A DNA stretch of 24,174 bases from the NCBI GenBank assembly GCA_046757665.1, contig JBHHYO010000039.1, forward strand, positions 1 through 24,174. The letters run 5' to 3'. The position numbers were made by a program, and so were the translations under genes. Source of the stretch: Nitrospinales bacterium (lineage in GTDB: Bacteria > Nitrospinota > Nitrospinia > Nitrospinales > JAJDAT01). Under the pieces are notes generated by a model that was not told the origin of the DNA, made no database searches, and saw only the letters and a program-made list of their open reading frames with translations. Below, one piece after another: positions 15,832-24,174 of this stretch; position 1 is the first letter of the stretch; each line of letters opens with the position of its first letter.

Positions 15832-17238
15832 TCAAACGGTTTCCTCCCGTTTTTTGAAAATGTGCACGGGATGGCCGATGTGCAATTCGGCGGCTTCCAT
15901 AAGCGTTTCGGAAAGCGTGGGATGCGGATGAATGGACAGGGCGAGGTCGCGCGCCACCGCCCCCATCTCCACCGCCAGGACGGCTTCGGCAATCAACTCT
16001 CCCGCCCCGGCGCCCACAATACCGACGCCAAGGATGCGGCCGGTTTTCGGTTCCACCACCAGCTTGGTCAACCCGTCGTTGCGGTCCAGAGTCGTGGCCC
16101 TTCCCGAAGCCCCCCAGGGGAAACTTGCCGTTTGAACTTCCCGCTCCGCGGTGCGCGCCTCGGTTTCGGTAAGCCCGCACCAGGCGATTTCCGGATCGGT
16201 AAAAACCACCGCGGGAATGGCCCGGTTGTCGAACTCCGCCGATTCGCCGGCCATAACGTCCACCGCCACCTTGGCCTCGCTCGACGCCTTGTGGGCCAGC
16301 ATGGCGCCGCCGACAACGTCGCCGATAGCGTATATTCCCGAATCGTCCGTCCGTTGACGCTTGTCTACGCGGACGAATCCCCGGTCGTCCAGCCGCACGC
16401 CGGTATTTTCCAGCCCGATTCCGCCGCTGTTGGGCGCACGGCCCACCGAGACCAGTACACGGTCAAAGGTTTGCCGCACGGTACCGGTTTCGCTCTTGAG
16501 GCCGGCAACGACTTCGCCGGTTCCGGCTTCCAGCGACTCAACGCCGGTTTGGAGCAAGATATTCTCGAACGCCTTTTTCAGCCGGGCTTGCAGAGGGCGC
16601 ACCAGGTCGCGGTCAATCCCCGGCAGAATCCCGTCCATCATCTCCACTACCGTCACACGGCTACCCAGCGCGGCGTACACCGTGCCCATTTCCAGTCCGA
16701 TGTAACCGCCGCCGACGATGAGAAGCCGTTCGGGAACCTCCTCCATTTCCAGGGCTCCCGTGGAATCCATGATCAGCGGGCTGTCGTGGCGGAGCGCGGA
16801 GGGCATGATCGGACTGGACCCCACGGCCAGGATAGCCCGATCAAATTCCAGAGAATTTTTGCCGTCCACCACAACGTGACGGGAGTCCTTGAAAACCCCT
16901 CGTCCGGTGACAATAGCGACTCCCCGTTTTTTGCAGAGAGCGACCAGGCCGCCGGCCATTTTGGCAACGACCTGGTTTTTCCATTTTCGCAGAGCGTCGA
17001 GGTCGATTTCCGGTTCGGAGAAAGTGATTCCCCATTGTCTGGCTTGCCGGGCCTCGGAGATGAGCCTGGCAACATGCAACAGCGCCTTGGAGGGAATGCA
17101 ACCCCGGTGCAGACACACGCCTCCCGGCTTGCTTTCGGTATCGACAAGCGTCACCTTCATTCCCTTGTCCGCCGCCAGGAAGGCCGCGGTGTATCCTCCC
17201 GGTCCGCCGCCCAACACCAGCAGGTTTTTCGAGGTCAT
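15832..17238 (-). CDS. lpdA: Dihydrolipoamide dehydrogenase (E3)
   Basis: GGGPGGY, GGVCLHRGCIPSK redox disulfide, GGGYIGLE, HPHPTLSE. Confidence 0.97.
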   Translation of the reverse strand: MTSKNLLVLGGGPGGYTAAFLAADKGMKVTLVDTESKPGGVCLHRGCIPSKALLHVARLISEARQARQWGITFSEPEIDLDALRKWKNQVVAKMAGGLVALCKKRGVAIVTGRGVFKDSRHVVVDGKNSLEFDRAILAVGSSPIMPSALRHDSPLIMDSTGALEMEEVPERLLIVGGGYIGLEMGTVYAALGSRVTVVEMMDGILPGIDRDLVRPLQARLKKAFENILLQTGVESLEAGTGEVVAGLKSETGTVRQTFDRVLVSVGRAPNSGGIGLENTGVRLDDRGFVRVDKRQRTDDSGIYAIGDVVGGAMLAHKASSEAKVAVDVMAGESAEFDNRAIPAVVFTDPEIAWCGLTETEARTAEREVQTASFPWGASGRATTLDRNDGLTKLVVEPKTGRILGVGIVGAGAGELIAEAVLAVEMGAVARDLALSIHPHPTLSETLMEAAELHIGHPVHIFKKREETV

Positions 17239-17239
17239 C

Positions 17240-18529
17240 CTATCCTCCGAGCATCAATTCCTCGCAGTTTTCCAATTCGTGCGCGATAAACCGGGCGAAG
17301 CGGGCGCCATCGGCGCCGTCGATCACGCGATGATCGTAAGAAACGCAAAACGGCATCACCAGCCGGGGTTCGAACCTCTTGTCCCGCCACACCGGCCGGA
17401 TGGCGCTACGCGACAAACCGATCACCGCCACGTCCGGAGGAATCACCAACGGCCCAAACCCGGTGCCGCCGATGCCCCCCAGGTTGGAAACGGAAATATT
17501 GCCGCCTCTCAGTTCCTCCAGGGAGACCTTGCGGTCGCGGGTGCGTTGCGCCAGATCGTTCAATTCCACCGCCAGCTTGAGAAAGCTCTTTTTATCGACA
17601 TCCTTGATCACCGGCACGATCAACCCCGACGGCGTATCCACCGCCACGCCGACATTGCAGTAATGTTTGTAAACGATCTCGCCGCGGGCCAGGTCGAGGC
17701 TGGCGTTGAACTGGGGAAACGCTTTCAAGGCCGCCGCCACGGCCTTGATGACGAAAACGGTCACCGTCAACCGGCCTCCCTGATTCTTCACATATTCGGC
17801 GTTTTTCTTCCTGACCTCCTCCAGCTCGGTGATATCCGCCTCGTCAAACTGCGCGACCAGGGGCACGGCATTCCACGCGGCGCCCATCCGGTCGGCTATT
17901 TTGGCGCGCAACGAAGACAACGGCTTGCGCTCGATTTTTCCCCATTGCGAGAAATCGGGTAACTCCGGAGCCTGGGGACCCTGCGTGGGGAAAGTCAGCC
18001 GACGCCTGGCGTATGCCTTGACGTCGTCCAGGGTGATCCTGCCCCCACGCGCCGTTCCGGAAACGCGGGTGAGGTCGATTCCCAACTCCCGCGCCAGCCC
18101 GCGGGCCGCCGGACCCGCCGGAACTCGGGACAAATCCGACACGAGCCCGTCCTTTGCCGACCGGACGACAGCCTCCGGGGTTTTACTTTCCGAAACCGCG
18201 GGTGTTCCCTCCCCTGCCGATTTTGTTGCCTTCTTTTTCTCCGGAGGTTTTACCGAAGGAGGTTTGGCCTCGTCGCCGGAGTCGGAGACTTCTTCCTCCT
18301 CCAGGCTGAACATGACCTGTCCCACTTGAATCTTGTCGCCGTTGCGGACATGGATTTTACCGATACGCCCCGCCCGCGGCGAGGGAACCTCCACCACGGC
18401 CTTCTCGGTTTCCAGTTCCAGCAGAATGGCGTCTTTTTTAACCACGTTCCCCGGCTCGACCAGAATATTCACCACGTCGCCGCCGTCGATGCCGTCACCC
18501 AACGCCGGCAATTTGATTTCATGGGACAT
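17240..18529 (-). CDS. aceF: Pyruvate dehydrogenase E2, dihydrolipoamide acetyltransferase (single lipoyl domain)
   Basis: Lipoyl motif LETEKAVVEVP, E3-binding PAAR..ARELGIDL..V.GT..GGRI, catalytic SYDHRVIDGA. Start placed at ATG 18529 by RBS spacing. Confidence 0.93.
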   Translation of the reverse strand: MSHEIKLPALGDGIDGGDVVNILVEPGNVVKKDAILLELETEKAVVEVPSPRAGRIGKIHVRNGDKIQVGQVMFSLEEEEVSDSGDEAKPPSVKPPEKKKATKSAGEGTPAVSESKTPEAVVRSAKDGLVSDLSRVPAGPAARGLARELGIDLTRVSGTARGGRITLDDVKAYARRRLTFPTQGPQAPELPDFSQWGKIERKPLSSLRAKIADRMGAAWNAVPLVAQFDEADITELEEVRKKNAEYVKNQGGRLTVTVFVIKAVAAALKAFPQFNASLDLARGEIVYKHYCNVGVAVDTPSGLIVPVIKDVDKKSFLKLAVELNDLAQRTRDRKVSLEELRGGNISVSNLGGIGGTGFGPLVIPPDVAVIGLSRSAIRPVWRDKRFEPRLVMPFCVSYDHRVIDGADGARFARFIAHELENCEELMLGG

Positions 18530-18564
18530 AGGATTCACCTGCCTCCTTCAACAAGAGACCTTAA

Positions 18565-18678
18565 GAGTCTTTTGCATAATATTTGCTTGTCATTGCGAGG
18601 CGGCTCCGCCGACGAAGCAATCCAGAAAGGACCCATGACGCCGGGACGGCAAAGAATCTCGACTTATGCAAAGCTCTC
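18565..18678. mobile_element. MITE-like element between aceE and aceF carrying a half REP-like palindrome
   Basis: GAGTCTTTTGCATAA (18565-18579) vs TTATGCAAAGCTCTC (18664-18678), 12/15 inverted match. Interior 18589-18636 is 45/48 identical to 21750-21797. Confidence 0.7.
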
Positions 18679-18680
18679 CT

Positions 18681-21353
<2,673 letters not shown>

Positions 21354-21382
21354 CCTCGCCGCCTTTCGCGTGGAAGCCGCCT

Positions 21383-21978
21383 GCCTGACTATTTCATCCG
21401 CAATCGCCGAAGCAACTCCCCCGTTTTAAAAGATTTGTCCCGAATCCCCGGCCAAAAAACCCTGACCGGCCGGCTTTTTCACAAAAAAAAATTTTTCAAA
21501 AAACGAGGAACGAAATAGTCAAAACGTCAGCCTGCAAACCCAGCAACCTCTTGTTATACAATGGACTTTCCAACTCACCGGTCAGGTAAAAAATGAACGG
21601 ATTTCGCGGAAAAACCACCCTAGAAAATGCCTGAGAAATAGCCTTGTAATATATGAATATTAAAAGAAATTTTTATCACTTATTTTCTCATACCGAAGGC
21701 CGCTTTTTGAAGATTAAAATTTACAATACCGAAATCACCGCGTTCGATCGTCGTTGCGAGGAGGCTCAGCCGACGAAGCAATCCAGAAAGGACCCATTCC
21801 CACCGGGCGTGGCCCGGCTGGATCGCCACGCCGCCGCTGGCGGCGGCTCGCGATGACATCGAAGCGGAGAAACCGTCGTTGTTTTCCCGGTCTCCCGTCT
21901 CCGGCCTCCATTTTTATCCCTTACATATAGCGCCAAGTGCAGGTATGTGCCGGCCCCGCACCTTGAAAAACAAGGCGC
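21383..21978. repeat. Copy 2 (inverted) of the ~600-bp composite non-coding repeat (arm B 21383-21741, variable slot 21738-21867, arm A 21882-21954, terminal hairpin 21958-21978)
   Basis: Reverse-complement match to 6821-6893 and 7045-7402 as described for copy 1. The slot content is unrelated to that of copy 1. Confidence 0.92.
21738..21867. repeat. REP-like branched palindrome (GTCRTTGCGAG...GCAATC / GATYGC...CTCGCRATGAC type)
   Basis: CCGCGTTCGATCGTCGTTGCGAG pairs with CTCGCGATGACATCGAAGCGG; GCAATCCAG (21778-21786) pairs with CTGGATCGC (21818-21826); side hairpins at 21803-21817 and 21830-21847. Confidence 0.85.
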
Positions 21979-22100
21979 CGCGCAAAACTTTTCAACAGGT
22001 AATCGGATTTTTCTGGAACGCGCCGGATACGCAAAAATTATCGGCCAAAAGCCCGACCGAGTCAAAGCAAATGTTCCGCAAGGGCAAGGCGCCCGTTTTC

Positions 22101-22652
22101 TCAATCGGGCAGGCTCTTCCTGTGCCGGCGGCGGCTGAGTTGTTGCCATTTCAGCGGTTGCGCTTTCACCCGGGTCCTGGAGAGCATGTAATTGAAAAGT
22201 TTGCGGGCGTCTCCCCGGCTGGTGTTGGGGCCCGCCAGTTTGTCCAGCCAGTTTTTTTCCAGGTCGAGAAACGGTTGCAGGCCGGCGGCGGTTTTCCTGA
22301 CAATCTGCAAATTGCTCGGGTCCGCCGACCTTTTAAAGTTAAAGCCCGATTCCCGGTGCGCGGGCCCGGCGGCCAATTTAAAGTCACCGGGCTCGGCCAG
22401 ACCCGACCGGGAAGCGAGAAAATAGCCCACGGCAAACCCCTTTTCCGTCGCGCACAGCTTTTCCAGATGGTTCAGGATATCCTCGGGGTCCGTGCCCGCA
22501 AGCGACCATCGAGCCCCGCCGCCGGTCTGAAAAACTCCCAGGTCGGCCAGGTGATGCAGGAAGGCGCGCACGACTTCCTCCCCGGCGTCCGGCGGCACGA
22601 TGTCCCGTTTAAACCGCGCCACCCAGGTTTCCAACGTCCGCGCCTCGCTCAC
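22101..22652 (-). CDS. Hypothetical protein
   Basis: In-frame GTG at 22652 overlaps the MOSC stop (GTGA) and has GGAGG upstream. No family recognised. Confidence 0.65.
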   Translation of the reverse strand: MSEARTLETWVARFKRDIVPPDAGEEVVRAFLHHLADLGVFQTGGGARWSLAGTDPEDILNHLEKLCATEKGFAVGYFLASRSGLAEPGDFKLAAGPAHRESGFNFKRSADPSNLQIVRKTAAGLQPFLDLEKNWLDKLAGPNTSRGDARKLFNYMLSRTRVKAQPLKWQQLSRRRHRKSLPD

Positions 22653-23305
22653 CTCAGCGCCTCCAGTTTTTGCAAGCGTGCGCGAAAGGTTTCCTTCCAC
22701 TCCTCGGACAGCGTATCCAGGGCAAGCATATCACGAATTCTTTGCGGATTTTTCTTGTCTTCATACATAAGGTGGTTGGCCGCCGTCACGCTGATCCGCT
22801 TGTCGTCCGCCCGCAAAAGCGTCAGTTCACCGCCGGGTTTCAGCCAGCCCGGACGCAGGACGCGGCAATAAAATCCGGTATACCCCATCCGTTGAACCCG
22901 GCTGGTCATATCCGGCAGGCCAAAAATATTGTTCAACTTGTAGCAAGGCTGGCGGGGTTGCGAGACCTGCACCTCGGCCTCGCCGGCGCGAAACACGTCG
23001 CCGACGTGGACGGCGCTTTCATCCAGGCCGGAAACGGTCAGATTTTCGCCGAACGCGCCGGGGGACAGTTTTCTGGCCAATTTCTCTTCCCACCAGGGGT
23101 AATGATCCAGCAAATAAACGCACGCCGCCTTGTTCGGCCCCCCATGATGACGCCGGTCGGCACAGCCGTCCCCATCGAATCCCAGGAAATCCAGATAAAC
23201 CGGCTTCGCAACCGGTTTCTTCAAAATCCCCGAAACCATCGTTCTGGCGTCTCCCAGTACTACCGGCCCCGGAAGCGAGATATTGATGGATGCAATGATG
23301 GGCAT
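22649..23305 (-). CDS. MOSC-domain protein (YiiM-like, with C-terminal 3-alpha region)
   Basis: SGILKKPV, GFDGD..AD..HHGG, GAFGENLT, VSQPRQPCYKL, TGFYCRVL. Start placed at ATG 23305 (23341 possible). Confidence 0.9.
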   Translation of the reverse strand: MPIIASINISLPGPVVLGDARTMVSGILKKPVAKPVYLDFLGFDGDGCADRRHHGGPNKAACVYLLDHYPWWEEKLARKLSPGAFGENLTVSGLDESAVHVGDVFRAGEAEVQVSQPRQPCYKLNNIFGLPDMTSRVQRMGYTGFYCRVLRPGWLKPGGELTLLRADDKRISVTAANHLMYEDKKNPQRIRDMLALDTLSEEWKETFRARLQKLEALR

Positions 23306-23377
23306 AAAAGGTAATTTTTGGAGAATTAAGCCGCGATGCAAATCGTGTGATTAAGATCAAACCGCTTTATTCCGTCT

Positions 23378-24174
23378 TTAATAGATACCCAAATCTCGCT
23401 CTTCGTCGCGGCGATGTTCATCTTTAATAAAATTGTTCAGTTGTCTTAACATATCTTGTGCAAATTTTCTAACCAAGCTATGACGATGAGTTTGAAGGGA
23501 CTTGAGAGGTTCAATATATCTTTCGTAATATGGCACTCGCGATCCCCAACTACCAAAGCTCAACATATTTGATTCTAATGATCCAAGAACTTTCTTGCAA
23601 TTGCCAAATTCATCGATAAGTTTTTGAACAAGAGAGGTCCATTTTTTCCCCCCTCTCCCAGAAGGTGTTAGTAAGGGGGCTATTCGTGCTATGAATACCG
23701 GAGCCTTTGGAGAATTTTCCCGACACCATTGCAGAAGAGTGGAATCCGTAAGAATAAATAGAGGTCCTTTCACATCTTTTTTTTCATCGAATGACTCTTT
23801 CCCCAAAAATCTTTCAAGATGAATGCTGGTTAAACCATCCGACGTTAGAATAGCGTCGCTGATGAGTTTCCAAACAGGTTTCGGGTATTGTTTAAGCAAC
23901 TCCGGTATGAACGCTGAAATAAGATGATCCAAATGGTGAGGAAATCTTTGTTTTTGACATAGCTTTAAAATTTCCTGGGTTAAATGAACGGCAACATCAG
24001 GGTTCTCATTCTCTGATTTAAGGACACAGATGGCGAGCGTTTCAAAATGATGAAGATCAAGATTTGGGCCTTCTTTCACAAGTAATAGGTTTGGCTCCAT
24101 GACCAATCGTTTAATTTGAGGTTTTAATGCGTCGAAGTGATCTTGATTGCCGTGTACATACATAGCGGAAATAT
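23378..24174 (-). CDS. C-terminal part of a large alpha-helical hypothetical protein (runs off the window)
   Basis: Frame stays open to the window edge. Visibly more AT-rich than its neighbours. Ends SFGSWGSRVPYY...VRKFA...IKDEHRRDEERDLGIY. Confidence 0.75.
   Translation of the reverse strand, partial: ISAMYVHGNQDHFDALKPQIKRLVMEPNLLLVKEGPNLDLHHFETLAICVLKSENENPDVAVHLTQEILKLCQKQRFPHHLDHLISAFIPELLKQYPKPVWKLISDAILTSDGLTSIHLERFLGKESFDEKKDVKGPLFILTDSTLLQWCRENSPKAPVFIARIAPLLTPSGRGGKKWTSLVQKLIDEFGNCKKVLGSLESNMLSFGSWGSRVPYYERYIEPLKSLQTHRHSLVRKFAQDMLRQLNNFIKDEHRRDEERDLGIY

Noticed and set aside
21936-21954. sigma54 promoter-like GGCACATACCTGC in arm A (minus strand)
   Set aside because: GG-to-GC spacing is 9 rather than 10 nt, and copy 1 lacks the GG.

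Overview
Bacterial chromosomal window with GC-rich coding regions and about 21 CDS. In order: SAM methyltransferase, acyl-CoA ligase, B12/radical SAM enzyme of the 'RiPP maturation' type with no visible precursor, mazEF, TPR + FGE-fold protein, DnaJ-domain protein, rlmN, GT2 + lipid-A-synthase N-terminal-domain protein, a cytochrome bd-like subunit I with a diheme cytochrome c, an LRR protein, BolA, the aceE-aceF-lpdA pyruvate dehydrogenase operon, a MOSC protein, and the 3' end of an AT-rich gene. The gene content suggests a nitrite-oxidiser-like lineage such as Nitrospinota (inference only). The most unusual feature is non-coding. A ~600-bp element occurs twice in inverted orientation (~6790-7402 and ~21383-21978). 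Each copy has two conserved arms (65/73 and 200/243 identical, ungapped, aligned by eye) carrying IHF-like sites. Between the arms is a CCGC...GCGG-closed slot that holds unrelated REP-like palindromic DNA in the two copies. Two further MITE-like elements wrapping REP-like palindromes lie at 51-160 and 18565-18678.
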